From positions 87,498-151,497 of the forward strand of contig MNCI01000412.1 of assembly GCA_015680685.1 (NCBI GenBank): a stretch of DNA of 64,000 nucleotides, read 5' to 3'. Shown one piece after another: positions 37,114 through 51,756 of the stretch. Source of the DNA: Gnetum montanum (taxonomy: Eukaryota; Plantae; Gnetophyta). The stretch's first letter is position 1. Each line of letters begins with the position of its first letter. The notes beneath the pieces are model-generated. The model ran no database searches and was not told the origin of the DNA. It worked only from the letters and a program-made list of their open reading frames with translations. The position numbers and the translations under genes are program-made.

Positions 37114-39091
37114 CATCTGGAATCTAGGGTTTCAGGCTCAAAATGCATGGTTTTTTCTGTATACACTTTGGTCATGCCATGGTCACGCTGCCCAACGTAA
37201 GACCATCGTGTGTACAGTGTGACCAACTTCTAGAGCCCCAAAACCAAGTCTAAATAGCCAATATTTGAGCACACGGACCCTCCATGAGCTTCACCAATGC
37301 CCCATGTAGCTCCCAACCTTCAAAACCTTGAAATTTAAGCTTAGAATCACATGTCTTGAGCCACTTTTTGTTGGTCATGCTGAGGTCATGCTACATAGCA
37401 TGACCAAATAAGAACAACTCAATACATGCACCTCCAGGTAGAGTTTTGATATGAATTCTACTCCCAAGCGCCAGGCAACAATTGTACATGTTCACAGGCT
37501 CCAAAAAAAATTTGGGCCTCAAAGATGCCACCCTCAATTAGTCACATTGAGGTCATGCTCCATAACATGACCACAGTGTGACGAAAAAAATAGGGAAAAT
37601 TAACAATTTTTAGGCATCATCTTCAACATTCGAGCAACCCCCAGGGATAGGTAGCACTTGTAGAGTTTTGTAGGCTTAAAAAACTCATAATTTGGGCCTA
37701 AAATATGGCATTTTTAGTTAGTCATGCTGAGGTCACGCTATAGTGTGACCAAACCAAACTAGCCCAAAACAGCAGCAAAATGCAGTCAAATTTAGCATCC
37801 AAGCCACCCTAGAGAGTAGGTAGTAGTTTAGCATAAACAAATAGGCATCAGCATCCAAAAATCAACTCAAAAAAGGGCATAAACACTTGGTCACGCTAAG
37901 GTCATGCTAGCCAGTGTGACCACAGTGTGAGCAACCAAAAGCATGCCAAACTAGCCTCCAAATCAACTCAAAATTGATGTGTAGAACCCTCTTGATATCA
38001 AGCATGCAGATCCACACCAAAAATGGATCTCATAGGTAAAAAATGGGCTCAAAATGCATCATAAAAATTGGACATGTTGATGGTCACACTGGCAAGTTGA
38101 CGCAGGTGTATGCACAGCATAAATGCTGGACGCCAGATGCTGGACACCAGGACACACCATAGACATGATAGAGCCAGATCCACGCACATTGTAGACCTTG
38201 GTGGAGCAAAAATAGCACATATCTGCAAATCTGGAGGCTAGAAATCCATATCCACTCTTGTACTTTAACATTCTTTGTACATCTTGCATTTTTCAGCGTA
38301 TCAAGCTCTTACACTATGGATTACACATGCTAGCATAAGAGATCTTGATCACGCTACACCCTCTACATTGTAAAATTCTGTGCACCTGGTTAAAATGTTC
38401 ACACCTATCACCCGATCAACATTTCCCTCATCCTACAACTATAGATCTTCCTCCAGATCCAAATCCTACACTCGAAAATCCTATAAATACCCTGTTTTCC
38501 ACTTAATCAAGGTTGGCAATTTTGGGCCATCGAGACCTATAAGGTTGGAAATTTTGGAGCAGGAAAACCAGCAACCCTAAACCCAGACTTAGTCACATTG
38601 AGCACTGTAGGGTAATCTTGGTCACACTACATACCTACAACTAGAAACCTACAATCCCCCAGCATCTATACATTGTTCACATTAGGGCTAAATGTCTGCC
38701 TTGCGATCAAACTGCAACTGTGTTCTGACCGGTGCACTTTTATTTGTAATCGTCCATTAATACATTACAATTTTTTCATCCATTTTTCTTTTTTTACACT
38801 ATTTACATTTGTTATAATTTTTGTTACCTTTGTTCACATTTTTTTTTTCATTTTACATCTTGTACGTTCGTTTATGTTTAAATTTGCATCTGTTTACATA
38901 TAACCCAGCACATCGCAACAACATATGCTAGGGGAAGTCCTTGTTTGATCTATGCGTAGACCATTTAAGGAACTCTACCTTCATTTATTTCTAGCTTGCC
39001 CTCATGCAAAGGTGGGGTCTTACTGTGTCTTCCATAGATCTCTCAGCATCTGTTTCATTCCAGCCTTGCACCAATGATTTCGGATAGTACA
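37114..39091 (+). repeat. 5' LTR of element F (lacks first ~180 bp)
   Basis: Colinear with 57086-59091; many GGTCAYGCT/AGYRTGACC inverted motifs; TATA cctataaata at ~38480. Confidence 0.92.
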
Positions 39092-39879
39092 GTAAATTAG
39101 TGCTCGAAGGTGGGCCAATTTCTATTATGTGTTTTTTGTTCACCATCCATACATTGCCCATAGCATCCTACATTCTTGTCCTCTACCCAGACACTGCTCA
39201 CAGCGTCCAACATCCTTCTCTTCCTTCTCAGACTCTATTCATAGCATCCTGCACTTAGTTTTCTCACTCAGATGCTACCCTCAGTGTCCAGATGCCCTTC
39301 TAACTTGCTAAATACATGCTACTTAACTCACAGTGTCCAACACTTAGGCCTTAGCTTCTAGACGTTGTTCCTTAGTCCCAGACACTACATCCAGCATCCA
39401 CACGTTGTACCCTAGTTCCAAATGCTACACTTTATATCAACTACATTCTACATTTTAGTTTCTTAGCCACATGCTATGTTCATCACCCTCAGCATCCATA
39501 CACTGTCCATGGTTAACCTCAGCATGCACACACTATATTTTTCAATGTAGACATGCTACATGCTGGACTCACCTCCCAAATGCTGATACATTGCACTTCA
39601 CACTTAGCGTCCATATGCTGTACGTCATACATTAGCCATGTTGCAATCTTTCATACACTGTACTCCCTTGTACACTCCTTGTTTTTTCTCATACATTGCT
39701 TGTCTTTACTATATACTACTCATTTTTATCATACAGTACATTTTCTCCCATATGCTATCCTCATACACTCAAAATGGACTCCACACACACCAACACAGCC
39801 ACCTTTTGTGTCTCCGACTTCGGTACCATAGTCTTAGGTCCCATCACTACTACTGAGTCCATAGTAGCCCTTGGCAAGA

Positions 39880-42800
39880 TGAACCCTTAGGGGCCACCTC
39901 ACTGGTCACTGAGACTACAAGGTAGAAACCCCACGTTCACCATCCTAACGCCCGAACAATATAACTTTATTTATGTTAAAATCCAAGCTAACCTGGACGT
40001 TGACCAAACTGAACTAGAAGCAAAGAGAAACTATGAGCTAATTCACAAAGGAGGCCATAACTTCATCCCTTTATCATATGACATAATTCCCCTCTCTGAA
40101 TCCCACCATGAACTCATATCCCAACTCCTCATGGCAAGGAACCAAACCTCACATCAACCTACCATAAAGCCTCAAAACAGAGATGAGGAAGATGATTTCG
40201 CGGCTCAATCTAAACATGGGGAGATGCAACAATATCAACCTACTCATTATAGCATACCACCTGCTACAATTTCATCCATGAATGTCACTCAAGTACAACC
40301 ATCAACAATGCAACAGTCATCATTGCCACCAACTGTACAGTAGTCTAACTTGCATAACACTCAAACTAACCAACCTATTGCTCCACCGAGTGCCCAAGAA
40401 TAGGACAAAGCCAAAAAGATGATGCAAGAGCTCACTAATGAGGTAAAGTGCCTCAAAACTGCTAACACTGAAGAGATTAAAGTATTGGACTTTTACCAAG
40501 ATGATCCAAGTAGTTCATCAGTGCCACCTTTAACTTTACCCAAGGGAGTTTCATTGCCTCAATTAACCAAATATAATGGGGAAGGAGATCCCAACACCCA
40601 CTTGGTAACATTTAGATTAGAATGTCTATTGCTTCAAGCTTGGCCCCACACAATCCTACACATGTTCACCATGTCTTTAACCGAATGAGACCTAGACTAG
40701 TACAAAGCCTTACCCCATAACTCTATATCCTCTCTAGAGGATCTATTACACTAGTTTGTTACCAAGTTTAAGTACAACCTGAAGCCCGAAGTGACCTTAG
40801 ACAGTTTGATCCAGGTAAAGCAAGCACCACTAGAACCTGTGCAAAAGTTCATCCAGAGATGGAGTGCTGCACTTAATGAACTTCACAAGCCAATCCCAGA
40901 AAGATACCTAATTACGATTCTTAAAGGGGTCATGAATGACTTCATTAAGTCAAGGCTCTACTATCTAAACACTCACACCTTGAGTCAAGATTTTTTATAG
41001 ATAAAGAACATAGAGGAGGTAGCCCAAAATATTCATAACCCTGCTTATTTAGCCTATAAAATTCAACACACGAAGAAAGACAATGACAAGGCCAAAGCAA
41101 CAGCAGTAGTAGTAGTGGAGACGGATCAACCTAGCAACACGGGACAGAAAGGGAAAAAACCTACTATTCTTGTTAACTATGAGAGAACCACTCCTACACC
41201 CACACCTGAACCATCCTTTGCGCAAACTACCAACACGGGTCATGCACATACATTTGAGAGAAAAGAGCCTACTCAATATACACCATTGCCTATGAAGCCT
41301 TCGCAACTATTAGATCAACTTTTAAAGGCTAGGGCCATCAAAGATAAGCAGTTGTCTCCCACGGTAGCCCAAAGACATGACTAATATTGTGAATTAGTCA
41401 GAAACCTAAGCTTGGCAACACCGAATGTGCCTCCAGTTCTGAGAGGCTTTAGACTAGATAGATTTTGTGAGTACCATCAACGAAACAGGAACAGAAATGA
41501 TTATTGTTTCACCCTGAAATAAGACATACAATGTATGATTGATAGGGGTGAAATAACCTTCAACAAAAATAACCCTGTAAAACCACAAAATCAATCTATG
41601 GACATGTATAAGGATCCCCTTAACACCAAGGAGGCTCCTTATGTGATCAACACAATATGTTTCGGCAATGAATAGGAAATACCCAGAAAACCTTTCATGA
41701 TTTGTGTTCCTACAGCATCAACACCATCTCCCCAACCCTCATTTCCAACACATACACTCTCCACACCTCGAAAACCATTCGTCATCCGGGTACCTCCTAC
41801 AGCGGCAACAATGAATGTACGCCCACAAACCAAACCTGCTCCCCTTGTGATCTGGGTACCGCCTGCTATTGCAACCATAGACATACAACCCCAAACCGAA
41901 GCAACTCCATTTTTCATCAGGGTGCCTAAGCAACCAGATGTTTAAACTCTAATAGCTCAAATGCCAAATCGCCCCACTCCATTCGTAATTCGGGTGCCTA
42001 AACACCCCAACACTCAACCACCAATAGTTCCATCACAAACCCACCCTATTCAATTTTCCATTCGGAGCTCGAAGCAACCAGATGTTCAAACCCTGATGGT
42101 TCCCTCACATCCTCCAAGAGAACACCTCATAGAAAGGTTGACCAAGGAATGTTTGGAAAGAGAACATCAAGGTCATAAGTTGGGATCCTCAAAACCCACT
42201 CCATTAAATGCTACACCCGTGGCTCTGACAACTGATGAACCAAGCACAAGTAACCAAGTTGAAAAATCAGGAATGCCCGAGGAGCCAAACCCAATGGTTA
42301 CAGTTGACCATGCAACAACCCTTCCTCAAGGAATATAACTATTGGGTCCAATGGACCAAGTATCAACCAACAAGAACATACCAAATAGCAAAGACTTGGC
42401 TAGTGCCCTAACCCAGGTTACATAGGCCCTCAAACAAAAGAACACTTCATTGAGCTTGTATGACTTAATGATGACCTCTCAAGTACACAGTGAAGGCCTA
42501 GTACGTATGTTAACATCAATCCCTATTAGTGAAGACTTACCTGCAACTGAATCATCCATTCATGAAGTAATTTCTCCACATCAAAGATCAAGGTCCACAT
42601 TACTAAACTTCCACATAGATAACATTAAAAAGGATAAACAAATAGGAAAATTCACCACCGCACCTATGTTCATAACCATACAATTCAACCAATTTAAAAT
42701 ACATAGAGTACATGTTGATGACGGGGTAGCCACAAACGTAGTACCATTCCCCATCATCAAACAATTAGTGCTCATAGAGTAGATAAAACCAACATCCACA

Positions 42801-43400
42801 ACATTCCTAAAATCATTCAGGAGATCATGTGTCACAGTAAAAGGAACACTCACTTTGGACTTCATAGCACAGGACCAATTCCCCACGTCAACCAAGTTTG
42901 TTGTCGTAGATGAGATGCTAGGATTTAACTTGATTTTGGGATGACCTTGGTTAGCCTAATTAAGAGTGGTATCCTCACCCATCCTTCAAGAGATTCACTT
43001 ACCTTACAAAGGTGGTGAAATCATTATACACAGTGATGCGGCTACATCCAACATCTCTTCACATGTAGGAACAAACCAAGGCTCAGAGGTTGAATTTGAT
43101 GAATCTAAACAAGATGACACTACCCCTAATTTTAAAAAAGATGACACCACCGATGAGCCTAAATAATACAATGCACTAGATAAAACCCAAAGTGATGATC
43201 AACCTTCCAACTGTAATCCCCCAGAAGACATGGAAACATTACAAAATGGGGAAACATTAGAACATGATGACGTAGGAGCTGTTCCCCCAAATGTCTCATG
43301 GTCAGAATTACCATTTGACATAACTAGTGAAGGAGACACTAAATATAAGATCAAATCGACATGCCCTACCCTTAATGTCAAGCTTCAAAAAATAAAGAAG
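39880..43400 (+). pseudogene. gag: gag plus aspartic protease of element F
   Basis: LPQLTKYNGEGDPNTHL..FTMSL; knuckle remnant FCEYH....C..LK.DIQ.MID at ~41460; protease HRVHVDDGVATNVVP at ~42700 and NLILG*PWL at ~42930. Confidence 0.9.
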
Positions 43401-43919
43401 CTACTAAACCATTAAATTACCACACATCCGAAATGATGTTAAACTACCACACATCAAAAATGACATGGTCAGAAACAACCGGTTTTTCTAAATTCACCGA
43501 AATAGCTACAGTCTCCTCCACCACTTTAACAAAGACACGATAGTCCACCATGACTTTAAATTGATACCCATGGCCCGAAACAGCCTTAAACTAGAGCACA
43601 GTACATTGTCATTTCACCGAAACTTCGCTACATCATTATTGTTTACATTTTGCATGTTACAAGTTTCATTTATTTTATTTTTACCAGACATGGCTCCAAC
43701 GTACAATTACATTCACAAATAAAAAATGGAAGAAAAGAGAGAAAACAACATTTACACAATACAAAGTGATAGCATATCACACCATCATCATGTTACATCG
43801 GTCTTCACACATTCTAGAAAAACAAAACAACAATCCAAAAAACTAATTCCCAAAAAACAAAACAACAAGAAAAAAACTAAAAACAAAATGACAACACTAA
43901 CAAGCCAAATCAGGCACTA

Positions 43920-46900
43920 GCATTAGGAGGGGGCTGGTCACCAAAGTCCTTTGTGTCATCAACTCCTATCCCACTGGGCCCAGCCTCATCATCACGATGC
44001 CCCTATCACAAAAAGATAACAGAACAATAAAATAAGTAAGCACACATAAATAGATTAAAAGAACAAAAAACACCAAGGAAGATGATGATAACTAAAGGCA
44101 ATAAAATGATATTAGACTAAAACACTCATAGGTGAGGAAGGCCTGAGGTTAGCTTCCAAGTACCATAAAATCTCCTCTTTCGACATGCACGCCTAATCTT
44201 TCTCAAGTCCGAGGTCGATGTTGGCCAAGACTTTGCCCTTGTCAACTTCATACCAGGAAGGATGCTTGAGAGAAAACATGCTTGTTGAAGCTTCACTAGA
44301 GGCAGTGGTAATGGACCTCTTAGGAGACCCTTCCACCTCTGTACACAACAAACTTCTCATACGAAGAACATAAGCCTAACCCCTCCACGAACATCTCCAA
44401 CTGGCAACGTTCAACCAATTCCTCTTTTAACCACTTTTTGTATTGGTGCTTGTGGTCTTTCTGATCTAGGCCCCATTTACATACCTTGGATGCAAAGGAC
44501 TTCTAGTCATGGCACTTACTATTCAACAAATCCATCTAGGCCCGCTATTTAGCCAAATCCCAAATTACCTACACTTTGCTATTCAAGCTCGCCCAATAAC
44601 GTGCATAGGTGATTTTGGATGTCTACCAGGTACTATCAATGGCCAATCTAGCAAAGGTGAAATCATAATGGACCTGCAAGTTGTTCCTTTCCTCTATTAA
44701 TTTTGCCAAATTTCCTTTCAATGATTAAATTTCAAGCCATAACTATTCAATTGAGCGCTTGCAGGTCTAGAGAGACTTGGCATTTGGAATAACACAACCT
44801 GAAACTACATCATAAATACTTCTTGGAATCTGCTCAACATATTTTGGAAATTTTGGAAGACCATCAATATGGGTAGCCTTGGAAAGACTCCATTAGAGTT
44901 TTGCACCTACAAGTACAAACATTACATATATGAGCCAACAAGAAAACTCCAAGAGATGCATAAATACAATGAAACCAGGTGCTTAGTATAAAGTACACAC
45001 CTAATTCAGGATGAGCCTATTGCATACGAGCAACAACATCGTTGAAAATGATGGTAACAAAGTCCACCTTATTGGGAATCTCATGCCATACCCTCAATGG
45101 ATTGGCAGATGTTGAATCTATATGAGAAGGCACCTCAACCGGGGCCTCTAACTCCAACCCATCTGCCTGAGATACATGTGCTTCAGGTACTTCGGCATCA
45201 ATGTCTGATGTTAAGAAGATCCATGATAATCAAAAGAATATACAAAACTAAAAAAGTATGGAATGCAAATCAAGCAAACAAAACTTACCAAGAGGCTACT
45301 TGTTGGTCAGCTCAGGCAGATCATCAAGGTGTAGAGATCCATCAAAGAAACCATTAAAGACACCTTTCTCCTCACTCGAATGCTTAAGGGCATCTAAAGC
45401 ATCACTTCCATGGAGCTCGTTGCACCCTCTTCCCGTAAGAGGGGAATACCCTCAACTGCTTATTTTCTAGCTTCCTCCTCTTCATCACACCCAATGATAA
45501 CCGTTTCAAGTTCACCCATCGGAGCTAATTCTTCCCTTTCCCTCTCGGGGGTACACTCTGTTAACACTAACAAATATAAAGTTAGCATGACATAATAGAT
45601 ATGCATATTTAAGTAAGAAAATAAATTCAAAAGGCAATAAAAAAGCACTTAAAGCAAAAAAAAAAAAAAAAGGGAAACTTACCTGCTCCTACCATGGTAA
45701 ATCGAATCTTCTTCACCCTTGGAGGTCTCACCTTCATAGTAGGTGCATTCGAACACTTAGCTCTTTTCACCTTAGCCTTGGCTTTCTTGAAGATCTCCTG
45801 GATCAAGAACCTAGTTCTCCTAATAGCTATGTGTAGTATGGGTGGTTCCAACACCAAGCTATCACATGAGTGGTGGGAACAACTGGCTACACTTCCTGTG
45901 GTAATGGATACTGATTCGTCGATACCTTCAGGTGGATCTTGGGATCTCGTGGTGTTAAATAAATGATAGATCCAAGGGCAAGACAACTGTGAGAGATCCC
46001 TTAACACATAATGATCATCTCCATAGAAGACTAAGAACTTGGCAAACCTATGGAGATATCCTGGGAAAAATGCAAAAGTGAAGTGGAACTGCGCATTCAC
46101 GTTAGAGCATAATCTGATAAACTCCCCATGGAAGGCCAAAACCAGAAACTGTGCCTAGTTATAATGCATACCAGTCTCTAGGATCGAGCACATGATATGT
46201 GCAGGCTCTACCCCAAGAGTTCTCACTTGAGAAAGAGACTTGGGAAATGCACATGCTCTATAAAATGGTTACAAAAAATTCACTTCCATCAATTTTTTGC
46301 ATAGGGAAGCCCTTGGAACCCTGTGGCATGTCCAACCACTTGTCAAGGTCCTTAATCACTTGGCCTTTCCTATTTTCCTTGTCCACTATCACTTTGACAT
46401 CATCTACTGGTACCCCAAAGAGATCTGAAAAGAATTCAGCAATCAGATGGAATGCAACCTTAACCCCCCACACCCGCATGCTAAAATAAGTAACATCATC
46501 ATTGAAAGAGTCAATGATGGTAACCATCTTAGTCACGGGAACGATAGAAGTCAAGGCACCGAACAGATCCATTAGACCAGCATCTGTAAGGCAAGTGATG
46601 ATGTGTTGAGGTGCTTTTCAACGCAACCACCATTGCGAATCTTCTGTCTCCCCATACTTCATGAAAAGGGTACCCTTAGTATGCCCAGACATAATGGTGA
46701 CCCCACTAGGAGTAATATCCATTGTAAAAACATGTTACACAAAAGATCAATATCATGATAAACAATGGGGTAGCAAAGATAAAAATGGAACTTACAACAC
46801 AATCACTTACCATTAGCAAATCGATAAGGCACACTCAGCACTGAATTAACCGCTTGAGGAAAAGTGGGCCCATTGTGAGACCAATCTTCATGTAGCCACC

Positions 46901-47460
46901 CACGTATTTCACAACATTCAAAGGCCATGGAAATTTTCTTATGATAATGGACAATAGCACCCTTGGTTTGATCCAACACGGCACCACGAAGAGTGGGGTC
47001 CACCATAAAAGCCTCTAAGGTTCTACGTGTTAAGTCAAGTCCATCATCATTCCTGTGCATTCTGTGGTCATCAAAATCGGGCCTGCCAAGAAAAAGATAA
47101 TCAAACATAAACAATGGTATAACACCAAAGAAAAAAAAATAAAGATAAATCAAAAAAATTCTTAACCTTCTACCCTATACACTATTCTAGGTGGATTCTA
47201 GAATAATGTATGTACACAGAAAGCTAGGAAAGGGATGTTACTGCTATTGTAGTGGCTACAAAGTGGTAACTCCCAAACATGAGTCAGAGGATGGGTAGAT
47301 CGAGGACCTTCTATAGGACCAACATCAACTTTAAATAATCCCTCATCCACATCAACGATGAAGGCCAATATGTCATGGGATGAGCCAAGTAGTATGGTCT
47401 CAACAACACTATCAGCCAACTGTTCACTTAAATAAGACTAGATGACCATGCTAAAACCCT
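43920..47460 (-). pseudogene. Antisense multi-exon extra gene inside element F (plant mobile domain / transposon accessory-like)
   Basis: Minus-strand ORF blocks 47198-47419, 46803-47153, 46258-46572, 45627-46139 and 45460-45648, separated by short T-rich introns with GT(A/T)AG donors (~47166, 46810, 45682) and YAG acceptors (~47082, 45558, 44907, 44004). The segment CLTDAGLMDLF..IIDSF..AFHLIAEFFSDLFGVPVD..YN*AQF resembles PMD/transposon accessory proteins; the family call is tentative. Confidence 0.6.
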
Positions 47461-47999
47461 GTAGGATAAACAATAGAAATTCACTAGAGCCTAGACGAAA
47501 CCATAACCCTTGTGATCCGATCTTCATGTCATGACGAGGTGCTTTGGGCTCTTAGAGGCCAAAAAAAGATAACACACCCATGAGTTCCACCACAAAAACA
47601 AAGGGCTTAAGTCCCGTTCACAGAGCCAGAACCTTAAGTAAGTAACTTAAAACGCAAAAAATATAAACTAAACAAAAAAAATAAAAAAATAAGTAAATAA
47701 ACCTAATGAGTAAATAACATTCAATGCACACCCAAGCCCACCCCTTGGGACAAGAACTCTAGTATTTGTTTGGTGCATCTAACGCTCAATGGGAAACATT
47801 GGAATCCACTAGGTAACACCAATCTTAAAAGGACAACATTTACTAAAAATCACGATAATAGTTCAAGTTACCAAAAATCATCACATCCACAAGTGGGAAG
47901 TATCACATATTTTATGCTATTTTAAATCTTTCAGCTCACACCACACATAAAAGGAACTCACGCTACGCATGGTAAATCAATTGTGTTACAACCGGAGAT

Positions 48000-48900
48000 G
48001 GCAGTAACTCACAATAAAGGTAACTCACGTTGCCAGGATAGCCAACTCATGCAACAATGAGGGTTACTCACACTACAGAGGGTTACTCACGCTACAGAAG
48101 AAACTTGTAACAGTGCAACTGCAACTGAAAACAATAATTTACACTGCACTTGGCAATTACCCATGCTACAGAATAAACTGGTAACACTGGAGCTACAACT
48201 TAAAATAACTATTTACATTGTACTGGGCAGTTACCCATGCTGCAGAATAAACTGGTAATGCTACAACTACAACTGAAAGCAACTATTTACTTTGTACTTG
48301 GAAATTACTCACGCTGTAGTAGAAACTAATAACGTTGTAGCTGCAACTGAAGACAACAATTTATGCTGTAAGGAAGTCACTAACGCTACCAACAATAGTT
48401 CACCATGCCAAAGTAAAGCCTCACGCTGCTAAGCAAAGGCATTACTGACACTGAGTAAGGCTCATAGGTATTCACGCTATAACAAGGACAGTTACTCACG
48501 CTGCCCTTGTCCAATGCCTTGCACCACAATTGATTCACTTACACTGACAATTAAATACAGTAACTCATGATGATAAAGAGGGCAAACATTAAGGAGTAAT
48601 CACACTACAAATTAGTAATACATGAGCTCACGCTGTAGTAGGAATCAATCACCCACATCTTGGTTTGGAGGCCAGTAAATCACGCCATGGTCTAAAAAGC
48701 CCTGAAACAAGCTATATTGCAAACAGCCCTGCAACCAATGCTACACAGCCCTGCAACTAACGCTAGAGATGCATCCCTGCAACTAACACTATGCAACCCT
48801 GAAACTAATGCTATGCAGCCTTGCAACTAACGCTAGAGATGAAGCCCTACAACTAATGCTAGAGATGTAGCCCTGCAATTTATGCCATAATCAACAGTAA
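48000..48900. repeat. Degenerate tandem arrays (~68 bp unit at ~48085-48390; 21-26 bp unit at ~48700-48880)
   Basis: Repeats of actcacgctacag..aaactggtaac..caactgaaa..attta, and of agccctgcaactaacgcta. Confidence 0.85.
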
Positions 48901-49994
48901 TTTAAAACACTCGTTCTCCCAACCAAAATGTAGCCAAAAATACCCAAAGCGTGGCAACCTTTGCAACTCATGCTGCATGTGGGCATGCCCTATGTTGCTC
49001 ATGCTAGCTGAAAACCAACAACAAGAATAAAAATAGTAGTCCCAAATCCAGAATCAAAGCAATAGACCCTAAAAACATAACCGCAACAAAAATGCACTAA
49101 AACGTGATTGTGTTAGGGCCACTCACGTTGCAATCTTAGAGGAAATCACACTACAATTATGAATTAAAATAGAAAACAAACACCCTGGAACATAGGGAGG
49201 AAACACAATCACTCTCAACACAACTAGAAATCGCCCACAAACACCAAAAATCTATGGCTCTCATAACTCACGCTGCCACTCATTGACGTTACACTACACC
49301 AAAAAAACAAGAAAGGAGGGAAGGAATAAACCTGCTTAGGATTCCAACCCATGAAGAAACCTTAGGTTGTGAAAGGCGTTGGATTAGTTCCTCACTCTCC
49401 TCCAAAAATGCCAAGTTGCCTACTTCTTCCCCTTTTCCCATTCCTGCTTTTCCTTGCCCTTCATCTTGCTCATGCCATGCATTCCAAGTCACTCATGCTG
49501 CATCGTTTTCCAATAGCTCACACTATGCACTAGTCCTCTAAACTTACACTATGTCCATTCACTTATGCTTGCACTACATTTGGGGGCCATTTTATCCCAT
49601 TTCGCAATTACATGGTGTCCTTTCCTCTCTCCTCTTATTTATTTTTACTTTATTCTTGTGCTCCCAAAGTAGCTACTTCTTTTCATTCCTCTGATGCATA
49701 TTTATTAAGTTTTGCAAAGTAACCCATGCATTTGGACAAAAAAGAAAAATCCACAAAAAATCCAACAATCACAAAAGAAATCATAATACCTAAATATACT
49801 TGGAACATGACTGGCAGACAGCCTGGTATGGCTTTAAACTGCCACACATGGCCCAGTAAGGCCTAAAACTGCCATGCGTTCATGTATGACAATAAACTAC
49901 TCATTACATGCCTTAGTTACATTTAGACATAAAATTAATTACATACCAATAGCAACTAAACCTTCACTAACATTGCTCCCTGTTCTAATTGGCA

Positions 49995-51640
49995 GGAGTG
50001 ACCACATGGATAACAAGAACCTCTTGACAACACTCTCTTTCAATGGACCACATGGAGCCATTAAAAGAGAGATTAATCTAGAGTCCATTGATCTAGACTC
50101 ATTAGCTCATGATAATTTCATAGCGTCAAAAAAAGAGACACTTGATTGCTTTAAGGGAATGAAGAAAACTCTGGATGTAGAGGCCGATAACATCACCAAA
50201 GATCCCCTCACCGAAGTCCCCATTACTATGTTTAATGACGAAGTTAAAATATTAAAACTAAGTACTCTATTAAATCCACAACTGGCTAGTGACATAGCTC
50301 AAGTGCTGAAAGACAACATGAAAGCATTCACTTGGTCCTATACTGATATGCCAAGACTAGACCCTCGAATAGTCCAACATAACATCATCCTTGATCCAAA
50401 ACTCAGACTAGTGAAACAAAAGGCACGAAAGTTTAAGCCTGAGGTAGTATTGGCAGTTCGTAATGAAATCATGAAGCTTTACCAAGCTAGTTTCATCTGA
50501 GCTATTGACTATGCCGATTGGGTGTTCAACATGGTTGTAGTCCCAAAAAGAAATGGAAACATTCGCCTATGCATGGACTTTCATGACCTCAACATAGCAA
50601 CCATAAAAGATGACTTCCCGCTGCCTAGTATCGATCAACTTGTTGATTCAACTGCTGGGCATGCATTGTTGTCCTTTATGGAAAGATTCTTGGGATACAA
50701 CCAGATTAGGATCAACCCAGAACATCAACTCAAGACAACCTTCATGACACCATGGGGAACATTCTGTTATACAATGATTCCATTCAGTCTAAAAAATGCT
50801 GGTGCTACATATCAGTGAGCGATGACATACATCTTTAGTGATTATATGCTTAGTTCGCTCAATGATTATGTAGATGACATCGCAATCAAGTCAAAAAAAA
50901 CTGAGCAACACATCAATGATTTAGATTTGGTACTTAAATGTTGTCTCAAGTATGAGCTTAAACTTAACCCAAAGAAATGTATCTTTGGGATCAAAATAGG
51001 CAAAATGGTCAGGTTCATAGTATCTGAAACAGGGATATGTGTAGATCCCGATAAAGTTAGAGCAATAAAAAATTTGAGGCCACCTAGAAACCTTATCAAA
51101 CTATGCAGTCTACAAGGAAAATTACAATTTATTAGGTGCTTCATTAAAAAATTGACAAACAAGATAAAACCCATGTAGCATTTATTGTGCAAAAATGCCC
51201 ACTTTCAATGGACTCAATAGTGCTAGGAAGCCTTTGAGAACATCAAAACGAAGCTATCTAAACTACCGATAGTTCATCCCCCGCAAAGTGATAAAACCTT
51301 TTACATCTACCTCACCACATTTGACTCATCTATTATGTCCATGCTTTACCAAAAATGAGAAGATGGATTTGAGATCCCTGTTTACTATTTAAGCCATGCC
51401 TTAGTGGCCCATGAATAGAGATACAACGACATAGAGAGGTCATGTCTAGCCCTTATCTTTTCCTTGAAAAAGTGGTGACATTATCTCTTCTACAACCAAG
51501 TCAACATTATTTGTAAAGAAAATGTGCTCAGAGCTATTACCAACAACATCTATGAATCAAGCAGGATAGCTAGATGGAAGGCGATGATTGCGGAGTTTGA
51601 CCTACGCTACATAGCTCAATATTCCACAAATGTCAAGAAA
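49995..51640 (+). pseudogene. pol: Reverse transcriptase plus RNase H of element F
   Basis: AFTWSYTDMP.LDP.IV.H, VVVPKRNGNIRLCMDFHDLN, KDDFPLPSIDQLVD, GYNQIR..TPWG, LKNAGATYQ, YVDD (50867), KLNPKKC; RH IPVYYLSHAL..E.RY..IE..CLAL. Confidence 0.97.
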
Positions 51641-51756
51641 TAGTCAATAAAATGACCACCTCACTAATGCAAGACCATGAAATAACCAACCCTAAGTTCC
51701 CTGATGAGAATGTGAACACCATAGAAACCATGCCTGCCAACTATGATGCAATCTTA

